This document shows, in pieces, positions 22,946 through 33,305 of a DNA stretch of 64,000 nucleotides. This stretch comes from Desulfobacterales bacterium (GTDB lineage: Bacteria; Desulfobacterota; Desulfobacteria; Desulfobacterales; UBA2245), in NCBI GenBank assembly GCA_040771865.1, contig JAXGZF010000006.1, forward strand, positions 248,001 through 312,000. Direction: 5' to 3'. The notes under the pieces were generated by a model, which saw only the letters and a list, made by a program, of their open reading frames with translations, ran no database searches and was not told the DNA's origin. Made by a program: the position numbers and the translations under genes. How positions within the stretch are numbered: position 1 is the first letter of the stretch; each line of letters opens with the position of its first letter.

Positions 22946-24126
22946 GATCCGCCCCGCTGCAACAAAAAGCCTGCAAACAGGCCGCTCAGAGCCTCGTTGA
23001 TGACCAAGGCCATCAAGGCCACGCTGATAGCCTGGCCGGTCGCGATATCCGGAAATCCTCTTGAAAATTCAAGTAAAAAGGCGATGGGCAAACCACCCCA
23101 ATCCAGAAGTCCGAATCCGAAAAAATACGGGTGCATTCTGAACTCTGAATTGCTGCGGGTCAGCAGCCATCCGGCTGAAAACTTTCCACCGAACCGGAAC
23201 AGAAAGTATCCCACCGCTGCAAGAGGATACCAGATCAGGTCGAGGCGCCAGTTCAGGCCCAGAAACATCAGTATCAGCAGATAAACCGGTTTTTCCACCG
23301 AAACGAGCAAATTAAAGATCCGTTCTTTTTCGCGCGAAAAATTGACCAGGCAGCCACCGACAACGAAACTGATGATCAGGGATGAAAAGTTTGCCAGAGA
23401 CGCCATGCCGCTGGTCAGTATCGTCATGCCGACAACGATGAGAACCAGCTCTGCTCTTTCCGGACGCACTGTCGTAAGCAGCAGATAAAGCAGCAGAATT
23501 CCTCCACCAATTCCGGCAACCACGAAAAATTGTTCAATCGGTTGAATATTTTCCGTACCAGGATAAAAGAAAAATACCGCACCGAATGCAAGCAGCCCGA
23601 CCATTCCGTCGATTCCGGAAATATAGCGCAGGTGGATGATCATTTTCTGGCGGGGCGCTGTCCGGGAAGATGTCCACAGGGTCAGGCCTGCCTGTGCCGT
23701 ACAGGCGGCAGCGGCTGAAAGGGCGATACAGATCGCCATTTTGACGGGAAAAGATATCTGTGCAAAGAATGAAAGCGCACAATAGAGACAGCCGAACATC
23801 CAGAGCAGTGTGAACAGGCCTTCTGCAACCGCTGCATGAAGAAGCTCGACGGGAAATCGCCGAAGCTTTGCCAGTTCAAACTGAAATCCGTACAGAAGGC
23901 CGATCCATCCGAGCAGCAGCGATATCAGCGGTTCGAGGCCGTTCAAAGTGTTCTGGTCGATGATATTGAGAAATTCCGGACCGATCAAAAGGCCTAAAAC
24001 GAGAAACTCAACCCCGGTCAGATAAAACTTCCTTGCAACAAGAGGAAGCTTGAAATGCCGAAACGACAGATGATAGCCGCTGAAGGCAAGAAAAATGATC
24101 ATCAAAAGACAAAAAACGGTCTTCAT
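22942..24126 (-). CDS. Divergent cation:proton antiporter-like membrane protein
   Basis: LGLLIGP, GWIGLLYG, SGIDG, EKPVY; 4-bp overlap with the downstream antiporter. Confidence 0.7.
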   Translation of the reverse strand: MKTVFCLLMIIFLAFSGYHLSFRHFKLPLVARKFYLTGVEFLVLGLLIGPEFLNIIDQNTLNGLEPLISLLLGWIGLLYGFQFELAKLRRFPVELLHAAVAEGLFTLLWMFGCLYCALSFFAQISFPVKMAICIALSAAAACTAQAGLTLWTSSRTAPRQKMIIHLRYISGIDGMVGLLAFGAVFFFYPGTENIQPIEQFFVVAGIGGGILLLYLLLTTVRPERAELVLIVVGMTILTSGMASLANFSSLIISFVVGGCLVNFSREKERIFNLLVSVEKPVYLLILMFLGLNWRLDLIWYPLAAVGYFLFRFGGKFSAGWLLTRSNSEFRMHPYFFGFGLLDWGGLPIAFLLEFSRGFPDIATGQAISVALMALVINEALSGLFAGFLLQRGGS

Positions 24127-24386
24127 GATTAATCCGTATTCAGGCCGGATGCGCCCAAAAAAATCGTAGACCCGTCACAACGATTTTGTGCGGCGATTTT
24201 TCGCAACCGTAAAAGTGCCAAACTTCGCCTTGTGGCTGATTTTAAATTAATCAAAAAAATAAAGACAGGTTATTCGGTATTGATTTATTTCACAATAGTA
24301 TTTAAAAATAGAAAAACGTTCCCACGCCCCGGACCGGAAAATGCATCCGTCGGTCCAAGGCGACATTTATCGAAAGGAAAGGCGCC

Positions 24387-24866
24387 GTGAGTCAGAAGGA
24401 AGCACCGAAATCAATAAATGTATATGTGAACGAGGAAAACAAGGCAACGATCTGCTGCCCCTACTGTGGTTATACGGCTACCGTTTCCGCAGAAAAGTTT
24501 TCAACTGACAAGAAAATTCTTAAAACGCGATGCACGTGCGGAAAAGGTTTCCTTTGCTCCCTGGAATTCCGCAAGCATTATCGTAAAAAGGTCCGACTCG
24601 CCGGTTCGATGCGCAACCTGAGAACTCGAAAGGTTACAGATATCGTCGTTCGGGATATTTCCGGAGGGGGCATCGGCTTTACGATCTTGAGCCAGAACGC
24701 GCCCGAGGTCGGCGACGTATTGGACCTTGATTTCACGCTGGATAATGCCAACCGGTCTAAAATATCAGTTCAGGTTTCGGTAAGGACGGTAGAGGAGCGA
24801 TTTATCGGTTCCCAGTTCGTTATTCGGAATCTTCCGAGAGAACTGGGATTTTATCTGATGAAATAG
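24387..24866 (+). CDS. Zinc-ribbon + PilZ domain protein
   Basis: CPYC...CTC; RKHYR and DISGGG c-di-GMP motifs. Confidence 0.85.
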   Translation: MSQKEAPKSINVYVNEENKATICCPYCGYTATVSAEKFSTDKKILKTRCTCGKGFLCSLEFRKHYRKKVRLAGSMRNLRTRKVTDIVVRDISGGGIGFTILSQNAPEVGDVLDLDFTLDNANRSKISVQVSVRTVEERFIGSQFVIRNLPRELGFYLMK

Positions 24867-24887
24867 CGCAACTCAGCGCCGCCTCGG

Positions 24888-27800
24888 CTACCGGAGCGAG
24901 AACCGTACGCGGTTTTTCCCATTTTTTGATGTTTCCTGCTTGGCAATCGGCTCCGGCTCAAGAATGAACATTCGATTTTGTGTCACCTTTCCATTTTTCA
25001 TGATGTGGTTGCGAACCGCTTCGGCCCGCTGATACGCCAGCTGCCGAAGGTCGTTATCGGCAATCAGCGTGTGCGTAAACAGCAGCTTTTCCATCTCCTC
25101 TACAGGCAGTTTCTTGAACAGCCCCTCCGACCCTCTGGGCTTTGGAAACTGTCCGGCCTTATAGGCTTTTTCCACATAAAGCGGCCTTTCCTCCAATGAA
25201 ACGGCAATATCGCTCAGATCCAGATTCGGTTGTTTTTTGGCAACATCCTTGAGCTTTTCGGCCTTGATGCGTTCTTCAAATGCCAGCTGACGAAGCGCTT
25301 CCCGATCCTGATCCGGATCAACCTGGCCCTGAATTTCGAGTGACAGCGCGGGACGCTGGTACAAGGCATTTTCAAGATCCGCCAGCTTTTTCAAAGCCTC
25401 CGGGCCCGGCTCGCTGCTGCCGTAATCAAACTCGACATAACTCAAATCGGCTCCGCCGCCGAACATCGAGCCCAGAAGGGCAAACGGGGCAGTTACGGCC
25501 TTGGTGACCAGATTGACCAGCACGGCTATAACCACCTTGCCGATGCGGAATTTCGGGTCTTTCAGATCGCCCTGCACGGGCAGATCCAGGTCTATCACCC
25601 CGTTTCGATCCTTGAGCAGGGCGATGGCCAGCTTTACGGGAAGCGAGGTTGCGCTCGGACTCTTAACGCTGTCGCCCAGGGTGAGCTGGTCGATCCTCAC
25701 ACGGTTCTTGCCCCGAAGCTTGCCCTGATCGATCTTGTATTCCAGGGACAGATCCAGCTGGCCCTTCTGAAGCTGATAACCCAGATATTTTCCTGAATAG
25801 GGCGTAAATGGACTGAGCTGAATCTGTTTGAAGGAAAAAACAATATCGGCAAACAACTCTTCGGCCAGGGGATTGATTGTTCCGGTAATTTCCAGCGGGG
25901 CGTAGTTGCTCAGCCTTCCTTTCAGAAGCACATCGGCCCTGCGGTTTTCCTCCGACGCCAGACCGGATATTCTGCCTCCGATTTCAAGCAGGGTCGCGTC
26001 AAAGTTCGGCTCAACGTAATAGTCTGAAAATTTAATGGAACCTCCCTGCAGGGTGACCGTATCGATATGCACCGGAACAGGCGCGGCTTTTTCTTCGGTT
26101 TTCGGGGCGGCAGCTTCTTTTTCGGCCATCAGGGATTGCAGGTTGATCTTGCCGCTGGAATGCACGATCAGTCGCGAGAAGAAATCCGTCAGCGCCACAT
26201 CGCCGATGGAAACCTTCGTGGGATTATATCCGATCCGGGCTTTGGAAATGTAAAGAGAACCGCATTTAAAAAAATCCTGGGAAAATTCCCGGTCCACCGA
26301 GCTGAATTTATTCAGGAAAAGATCACCGTCATACTCGGCGGCCATATCCCTTGCCGCGTTCTGGGCAATTTTCAACCGGCCTTTGGCCCCGCACGTTCCG
26401 TCGGTGATGAGGATATTGACCTGATCGGAAAAATACGGCTGAACCGATCTTAGATCCAGGCCCTTGGCGTCAATGCCCAGATTCGCCTGAAGCGGTTTCA
26501 GACGAATCTCGCCCTTTACTCCGATCGATCCCGTACGGTTCCACAGTAAAGAAAGGTCTGCCTTGCCGGCATCCTCTACGGCGGTTCCCAGATTGCCGGC
26601 TTTCACAGCAATATCGGAAAGGTTGAGTTTAACCGGGTCATCGGGAGCCAGGTCTTCGAATTCAACTGACCAGCCGGAAAGATCCGCCTGATTCAGAAGA
26701 ACTTTCCAGGAAGGCGATTCCGTGGCTGCGGCTTTTTCGGGAATTGCCTTTTGGTCGGAGACAACCAGCCGCTGCCAGTTGATCGCGCCATCGGCGTTCC
26801 GTTGAAAGAATGCATTACCCCCGCGGGAAGCCACCATGCCCAGGACAACAGATCCATGCGTTGCATCAATTTGCGTGTCGCTTACGGAAAATTCGTCAAT
26901 CTTCAAAACCGTTCGTTTCTGCACCCTATCCTGAATGCTGAGCCCCTTGAGATCCAGTCCGACCCCGTCTAACGCCAGGGTTTCGGATGCGGATTCAAAC
27001 CTAAATCCTGCATGCGCGCCCGCCGTGCCGCCCGTGATCTCAAACCCCAGGCGGTCCTGGTAATACGGTGCATACCGTTTCAATACGAAATTCGCGAGAT
27101 CGGCGGCCCCTTGAGCGCTCAGCGGATCCAGGCAAAAACGTCCGGCCGATTCAACCGTTTCATTGGCATCAGTACGGGCCGAAAAAGCATACTCCGCATT
27201 CCGGTCTTTGCGGGTGCTGAAATTCTTAACCGAAACCTTCATGTCTTCCAGGCGCGTTTGAAAGGGCTCACTTGCGGCCGAATCGGAAAACGCAACGACC
27301 GCTCCGGAAATGCTGAAGTCATCCAGATCGACAACGGGCTCTGCGGTTTTCGAGTGATCCTTTTCAGATGCGGTAGTCTGCGCTTTTTCTCCGGCCAGTG
27401 AGGCAAGCTCCAGGTTTCCGGACTCATTCCGCCGGATATGAATCTCCGGACGATTGATTCGAAAATAATCAATATGATACGGCCCCTTAAGAAGATCGGA
27501 TTGATTCAGTTTTGCCTCCAGTTCCGGCACATAGAACAGGGGCTGGTTTTCAGAAAGCGTCACGCGCGCTTCGGACACCTCCAGCCATCCGGTGAGCGCG
27601 GTCAGAAAAAGCTGATCGTTCTGCCGGCTGAAATCCAGCGCAATCTTTGCGCTGGAAAAAGCGGATGGCACCTTCAGATTTTTGGGCAGGGCGACATACG
27701 GCAGACAGCGCAGCAGATCGAGTTTGCGAATATCGGCATAAATCCGGGTCCTGAGCGAAGGGTCAAAGAAAAGGCCCTGTGCGTTGAGCTTGATCGGACT

Positions 27801-28430
27801 TCCATTCAGGATCGCTTTCAGCCCAAGCGTTGCTTCGGTTCGAGCGTCCTGGGGCAGGGTGGATATGCCGGAAACCGTGATCGAAACGTCATCTGCCTGA
27901 TGATCCACGCCGGCATGACGGTCTGAAAATTGAACCGCTCCTTTCGTAAGAGATATCTTATCAACTGCCAGGCGAACCGTTTTCGAACCGTCCGCCGGTT
28001 TCTTCTCATCCTCCGGCGCATCGGCCGGAATCAGATCCGAAAAATTAAAGGTCGAGGCTCCCGTGCGGACGATGTGAATATCCGGCTTGGCCAGCCGGAC
28101 TTCCTTAAACACAATGGCCCGATTAAACGCCGAAGCAATCAGCTCGAAATCGACGAAAAGCTCATCAAAAGCGACAAAGGGGTTGGCATTCAGGTCCTCG
28201 AGTTTAAGCTCTCTGATGCCGATGGTCAGCGCGTATGGATTGACATCGACAGTTTCCACAAAAGCCCTGCGCTTTGTGAGGCTGGATATCTGCTCCACCA
28301 GCACCGAACGCAGAATCAGCGGCAGAATCACAAACCCGAACAGTGTATAGAGCACCAGAAGTCCCGCTACGGCGATCAGGACCCGTTTCATCCATTTCTT
28401 TTCTGTATGTGCGGAAATTTTTTCCATCAT
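24888..28430 (-). CDS. DUF748 / AsmA-like envelope protein
   Basis: N-terminal anchor, repeated beta-taco segments, PYSGKYLGY, LAIALLKD.NG.IDLDLPV.G, KAVTAPF. Confidence 0.88.
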   Translation of the reverse strand: MMEKISAHTEKKWMKRVLIAVAGLLVLYTLFGFVILPLILRSVLVEQISSLTKRRAFVETVDVNPYALTIGIRELKLEDLNANPFVAFDELFVDFELIASAFNRAIVFKEVRLAKPDIHIVRTGASTFNFSDLIPADAPEDEKKPADGSKTVRLAVDKISLTKGAVQFSDRHAGVDHQADDVSITVSGISTLPQDARTEATLGLKAILNGSPIKLNAQGLFFDPSLRTRIYADIRKLDLLRCLPYVALPKNLKVPSAFSSAKIALDFSRQNDQLFLTALTGWLEVSEARVTLSENQPLFYVPELEAKLNQSDLLKGPYHIDYFRINRPEIHIRRNESGNLELASLAGEKAQTTASEKDHSKTAEPVVDLDDFSISGAVVAFSDSAASEPFQTRLEDMKVSVKNFSTRKDRNAEYAFSARTDANETVESAGRFCLDPLSAQGAADLANFVLKRYAPYYQDRLGFEITGGTAGAHAGFRFESASETLALDGVGLDLKGLSIQDRVQKRTVLKIDEFSVSDTQIDATHGSVVLGMVASRGGNAFFQRNADGAINWQRLVVSDQKAIPEKAAATESPSWKVLLNQADLSGWSVEFEDLAPDDPVKLNLSDIAVKAGNLGTAVEDAGKADLSLLWNRTGSIGVKGEIRLKPLQANLGIDAKGLDLRSVQPYFSDQVNILITDGTCGAKGRLKIAQNAARDMAAEYDGDLFLNKFSSVDREFSQDFFKCGSLYISKARIGYNPTKVSIGDVALTDFFSRLIVHSSGKINLQSLMAEKEAAAPKTEEKAAPVPVHIDTVTLQGGSIKFSDYYVEPNFDATLLEIGGRISGLASEENRRADVLLKGRLSNYAPLEITGTINPLAEELFADIVFSFKQIQLSPFTPYSGKYLGYQLQKGQLDLSLEYKIDQGKLRGKNRVRIDQLTLGDSVKSPSATSLPVKLAIALLKDRNGVIDLDLPVQGDLKDPKFRIGKVVIAVLVNLVTKAVTAPFALLGSMFGGGADLSYVEFDYGSSEPGPEALKKLADLENALYQRPALSLEIQGQVDPDQDREALRQLAFEERIKAEKLKDVAKKQPNLDLSDIAVSLEERPLYVEKAYKAGQFPKPRGSEGLFKKLPVEEMEKLLFTHTLIADNDLRQLAYQRAEAVRNHIMKNGKVTQNRMFILEPEPIAKQETSKNGKNRVRFSLR

Positions 28431-28577
28431 TTTTTCCTCTTTTGATAAAAGCGGATCAATGGATTTCTCTTTTCCTATATTGCTATTTATATGACGGACC
28501 CACAAAGATGGTCAAGGAAATCTATGGAAAGGAAAAGAAACCCGGAGTGAGGTTGACCGGACTTGCGATCTGTGAAT

Positions 28578-30800
28578 CTATATCAGAGGGCCGCTTGCCT
28601 CGCAAAGCCGCTGCCGCAGGGTAGTGATCCGCCTGCCGCTGTCAATCCGGTTGACGGCGATTGCCAGGGCGCGACGGCTTCCCACGATTACCACGAGTTT
28701 TTTTCCGCGGGTGACCGCCGTATAGAGCAGATTGCGCTGAAGCAGCATATAATGCTGCACATGAAGAGGAAGGACCACAGCCGGATATTCGCTTCCCTGG
28801 CTTTTGTGCACGCTGATGGCATAGGCCGGACTCAGTTCGTCCAGTTCTCCGAAATCATACGAAATCAGCCTGTCGTCAAAGCGTACGCGCACCTCCCGAA
28901 ACTCTTCGTTGATTTCCACGATCTGGCCGATATCGCCGTTAAATACATCCTTGTCATAATTGTTGACGCCCTGAATCACCTTGTCGCGGCAGCGATAGCG
29001 CCAGCCGAAGCGCTCCAAGCCCGGCTCGCCGGGATTCAGGGCATCCTGAAGGCAGCGATTCAGGTTCTGGACGCCGAGCAGGCCCCGCTGCATGGGGCTG
29101 ATGACCTGAACATCCTGAACCGGGTTCAGCCCCATCCGCGCCGGAATCCGGTCCCGAATCAGCCGGAGGATCATGTCCACGCCGCGTTCGGGTTCCTCGC
29201 ATGAAACAAAGTAAAAATCGGCCATCTGATCCGATTTCTCCGGCGGCCGGCTGATCAGCGGCATTTTACCCTGATTGATCCGATGCGCATTGGTGATGAT
29301 CGTGCTCTGCGCCGCCTGGCGAAACACCTGATTCAGGCGGGCGACCGGCAGTACCTGAGAATCGATCAGATCGCGCAGCACGCAGCCGGGTCCGACCGAC
29401 GGCAGCTGGTCCACATCTCCGACGATTACCAGGGCCGCGTGTTCCGGAATCGACCGGATCAGGTGGTAGGCCAGCACCAGGTCCACCATGCTGAACTCAT
29501 CCACGACAAAGAAATCACCGGAAAGCGGCCGCTTCTGATCATGCTTGAAGGCGTTGACTCTGGGATCGAATTCCAGCAGCCGGTGGATGGTTCTGGACTC
29601 GAATCCCGTGCTTTCGCTCATGCGTTTGGCCGCCCGGCCCGTGGGCGCGCAGAGGACCGCAACCAGGCCCCTGGCCTGAAATATTTTTAATAAGGCATTG
29701 ATCAGGGTGGTTTTTCCGACGCCGGGTCCGCCGGTCACAATCAGCACCTTGGAGAGGATCGCCAGTTCGACGGCGCGTTTCTGCGCATCGGCCAGCTTCA
29801 GACCGGTCTTCTTCTGAACCCATTCCAGGGCCTGAGAGGCATCCATTTTCGGGCAGGGATGCGGCCCTTCATTGAGACGGCAAAGATACCGGGCCAGTTG
29901 GTGTTCGGAAAAGTCAAGGGCGCTGAGATACACCAGAGAATCGCTTCCCGTATCGTACTGGGCCAGGCGGCTCGAGGCAATCGCCTCATCCAGTGCCTTC
30001 TCAATGATTTGAATGTCAATTTCCAGAAGCTCCGCAGAGGCGGCGGCGAGCCTGTCTCTCGGGTAAGCGCAATGTCCGGACTCGGTTAGCTGTTGAAGGG
30101 CGTATTCGACGCCGGCCCGGGCGCGGATCGAGGAGTCTCCGGCAATGCCGAGGCTGGACGCGATCTGATCGGCGGTCTTGAATCCGATGCCCCAGATGTC
30201 ACGCGCGAGCCGGTAGGGATCTTCCCGAACCAGATCAATGGCCTGATCCCCGTATGTTTTGTAGATTCGAAAGGCCCGGCTGGCGCCCACGCCGTGGCTG
30301 TGCAGAAACACCATGATATCGCGCACCTGTTTCTGATCGGCCCAGGTGGCCACGATGATGTCACGCCGGTGCGGGCCGATGCCCTCTGCCTCGGTCAGCC
30401 GCTGCGGATACCGTTCAATCACCTCGAACACCTGAACTCCAAAGGCCTTGATCAGCCGTTGGGCCATGCCGGGACCAATGCCCTTGATCAATCCGGAGCC
30501 GAGGTACTTCTGCATGCCCTCGACCGTATTGGGAGCGGCGGTTTTGAGAAAACGCGCTTTAAACTGACGGCCGTGTCTGGGGTCGATGTCCCAGATTCCC
30601 CGGGCTTCCACCCACTCGCCGGCGCTGACCGAGGCAATGGTTCCCACCACCGGGACCAGTTCCCGCTGCCCCCTGACATGGACCCGAAGCACACAGAACC
30701 CGCTTTCTTCACTGTAAAAGCTCACGCGTTCAACGGTTCCGACCAGCGTTTCAAGATCCTGGTTCCGGTACTCAGAGATGTTTTCGGTCATTTGCGTCAT
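28578..30800 (-). CDS. recD2: ATP-dependent RecD-like helicase
   Basis: YLGSGLIKGIG HhH, GGPGVGKT, DEFSM, GDVDQLPSVG, HKSQGSEY. Confidence 0.95.
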   Translation of the reverse strand: MTQMTENISEYRNQDLETLVGTVERVSFYSEESGFCVLRVHVRGQRELVPVVGTIASVSAGEWVEARGIWDIDPRHGRQFKARFLKTAAPNTVEGMQKYLGSGLIKGIGPGMAQRLIKAFGVQVFEVIERYPQRLTEAEGIGPHRRDIIVATWADQKQVRDIMVFLHSHGVGASRAFRIYKTYGDQAIDLVREDPYRLARDIWGIGFKTADQIASSLGIAGDSSIRARAGVEYALQQLTESGHCAYPRDRLAAASAELLEIDIQIIEKALDEAIASSRLAQYDTGSDSLVYLSALDFSEHQLARYLCRLNEGPHPCPKMDASQALEWVQKKTGLKLADAQKRAVELAILSKVLIVTGGPGVGKTTLINALLKIFQARGLVAVLCAPTGRAAKRMSESTGFESRTIHRLLEFDPRVNAFKHDQKRPLSGDFFVVDEFSMVDLVLAYHLIRSIPEHAALVIVGDVDQLPSVGPGCVLRDLIDSQVLPVARLNQVFRQAAQSTIITNAHRINQGKMPLISRPPEKSDQMADFYFVSCEEPERGVDMILRLIRDRIPARMGLNPVQDVQVISPMQRGLLGVQNLNRCLQDALNPGEPGLERFGWRYRCRDKVIQGVNNYDKDVFNGDIGQIVEINEEFREVRVRFDDRLISYDFGELDELSPAYAISVHKSQGSEYPAVVLPLHVQHYMLLQRNLLYTAVTRGKKLVVIVGSRRALAIAVNRIDSGRRITTLRQRLCEASGPLI

Positions 30801-31134
30801 CCTGCCGACAATATCTACACGGAATTTCTGACGTAAAAACTGTTCAGAATCAACCGGTTTTGTCAATTTCTTTGATTTCATAAGGCAGACAAAGCGAATC
30901 CGCCTTTAAGAAATTGCTTGATGCCGGATAAATACATCCACTGCAGTCCGCTTGCATTATTGCGAAAGAATGCAAGCGGACTCGGAAATATTTTATTTAC
31001 GGAACCTTTCACGGGGCTGAGACATATTGTCTTGTCCTTTGCATTCGAAAAACCCGTGCTTATTTTTTATTTAAAATTGTTCCGGAAAATATCCGGGTTT
31101 TAAAACCGACTTTTTTCTGCAAAGGAGGGCGATT

Positions 31135-32178
31135 ATGCTGACTGATATTCTTATTACCGGTGTGATTCTATGTCTTTTCATGGTTCTTCCCGTCAGTCCG
31201 GCCTCGGGAACGCAGCTCGAGAAGGCGACTTTTGCCGGCGGCTGTTTCTGGTGCATGGAAAAACCGTTTGACGAGATGGAAGGCGTTCTGGAAGTCGTAT
31301 CGGGCTACACCGGCGGCTTCAAGGAAAATCCCACCTACCAGGAGGTTTCGGCCGGGAAAACCGGTCATCTGGAGGCGGTTCAGATCACCTATGATCCTTC
31401 GAGGATTTCTTATGAAAAGCTGCTGGATGTTTTCTGGCGCCAGATTGATCCCACCGATGCCGGGGGCCAGTTCGCGGACCGGGGCGAGCAGTACCGCACG
31501 GCAATCTTCTATCATTCGGATGAACAGCGCCGTATCGCCGAAGCATCCAGGGAAAAGCTTCAGTCTCTCGGCGTTTTCGACAAACCGGTTGCAACCGCGA
31601 TTCTCGAAGCCGGTCCTTTCTACCGGGCCGAAGCGTATCATCAGGATTATTACAAGAACCATCCGGTTCGCTACAACATGTACCGGAGCGGCTCGGGCCG
31701 GGAAGATTTTCTGAAAAAAACCTGGAAAAGCCCAAAGCCCGATCAGAAACCCGACCCGTCTGAATTGGAAAAAACCCTTACCCCGCTTCAGTATCACGTG
31801 ACCCAGGAGGGCGGCACGGAAAAGCCCTTTGACAACGCCTACTGGGATAACAAGGAAGAGGGAATCTACGTGGATGTGGTATCCGGCGAGGTATTGTTCA
31901 GCTCCAAAGACAAATTTGATTCCGGCACCGGATGGCCGAGCTTTACCCGGCCCATTCAATCTGAAGCCGTCGTCGAACACGAAGACCGCAGCTGGCTCAT
32001 GAAGCGCGTCGAGGTGAGAAGCAGGGAAGCCGGCTCTCATCTTGGCCACGTGTTTTCCGACGGTCCCAGACCCACCGGGTTGCGATACTGCATCAACTCG
32101 GCAGCCCTGCGCTTTATCCCGAGAGAGGACATGGAAAGGGAGGGTTATGGCGAATATCTGAAACTTTTTGAGCCATAA
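31135..32178 (+). CDS. msrAB: Exported bifunctional methionine sulfoxide reductase MsrA/MsrB
   Basis: Signal peptide; GGCFWC and YHQDYY (MsrA); GWPSF, HLGHVF, RYCINS (MsrB). Confidence 0.96.
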   Translation: MLTDILITGVILCLFMVLPVSPASGTQLEKATFAGGCFWCMEKPFDEMEGVLEVVSGYTGGFKENPTYQEVSAGKTGHLEAVQITYDPSRISYEKLLDVFWRQIDPTDAGGQFADRGEQYRTAIFYHSDEQRRIAEASREKLQSLGVFDKPVATAILEAGPFYRAEAYHQDYYKNHPVRYNMYRSGSGREDFLKKTWKSPKPDQKPDPSELEKTLTPLQYHVTQEGGTEKPFDNAYWDNKEEGIYVDVVSGEVLFSSKDKFDSGTGWPSFTRPIQSEAVVEHEDRSWLMKRVEVRSREAGSHLGHVFSDGPRPTGLRYCINSAALRFIPREDMEREGYGEYLKLFEP

Positions 32179-32181
32179 CGC

Positions 32182-33000
32182 TTACCGGAGAAGCGAGTTG
32201 ATGAAGCAGTTGTCCGAAAAATCAGAAGACCCGGATCCGGTATGCACGGTCAGAAAAAATTCTTCATTGGTGTATACCTTATGGATACCTACCCAGGGTT
32301 TGTTGTCGGCGTCGATGACATTTACGGCAATCACAAACTCGCTCAGGCCCACATGGTTGTACTGATCTCCCCAGTCATAGGTGTATCCCAGCCGGGTCCA
32401 AGGATAGGGGGCGGAGTCCGAATACTGGTTTGCCTTTGTATATTCGAACCAGTCCTTGTAGAATTGTTCGACCGTCGTACCCGCGCCGGACGGATAATCA
32501 AGTTCGGATTCGGAATCCGAAATTTCCGGGTCCGGAGACGGGCGGAACAGGTCGGCCGGATCAACCCACATTTCCACGAAACGGGTTTTGCCGGTCTCCG
32601 ACGGCAATCCCATGAGCTGTTCCACCCGTTCAACGGTCGGATGCAGGTTTCGGCTTTCGAACCACTGCTCCAGCTGTCCGGCCGGAACCACCCATACAGG
32701 ACCGTAGGTCAGCTGATAGTCCATTCCGTCAAATCCATCATAGTAGGGGCCGGTCCATGTCACCACCAGAACCCTGGAAGCGCCCGGCGTTCCCTCCCAG
32801 ATGATGTCGGGGTTGCTGGGGCTTATCGCCCAGAGGTCCTTTGAGATTTCGAAGGGCAATGCCTCTTTGGCGTCCTCGACCGCGGCCCGGTATTCGGGAA
32901 CGTTGTAATCGGCGGCCCACAGGGGAGAGACAAAAAGCATGAACAAACAAGCCCAGAAACACAAAAAATGCCGATGCAAAACAGACCGTCTTAAATTCAT
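32182..33000 (-). CDS. Secreted hypothetical protein with a CFI-type C-terminal tail
   Basis: Signal peptide ..PLWA-A, LFRP.PDPE, YPWTRLGYTYDW, terminal GSGSSDFSDNCFINSLLR. Confidence 0.75.
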   Translation of the reverse strand: MNLRRSVLHRHFLCFWACLFMLFVSPLWAADYNVPEYRAAVEDAKEALPFEISKDLWAISPSNPDIIWEGTPGASRVLVVTWTGPYYDGFDGMDYQLTYGPVWVVPAGQLEQWFESRNLHPTVERVEQLMGLPSETGKTRFVEMWVDPADLFRPSPDPEISDSESELDYPSGAGTTVEQFYKDWFEYTKANQYSDSAPYPWTRLGYTYDWGDQYNHVGLSEFVIAVNVIDADNKPWVGIHKVYTNEEFFLTVHTGSGSSDFSDNCFINSLLR

Positions 33001-33305
33001 ATTTTTTCTCCTTAACCCTGATTTGATTTTTTCCTAACATGGATTTGAATTCGAGGCCAGAATCAAGCGGAATGAAAAAGGGGTTCGAAAGACGGAATGG
33101 CGTCTTTCGGGGAATGTTTCTACTTGACAGTAAAACAGGAGAAGTTGTAAAAAAATTAGCATCATACGCGCGCACAGGATTCATCAATTTTTTCCATTGC
33201 AGTTCTCAAGACCCTTCTTCTGCGCTCTCCTGTAGGAATACCCGTTCAGGTGGCGTGCGATATCGCGGTTATCTGGAAAAATGCTTATGCTGAGGCATTG
33301 AAAAT

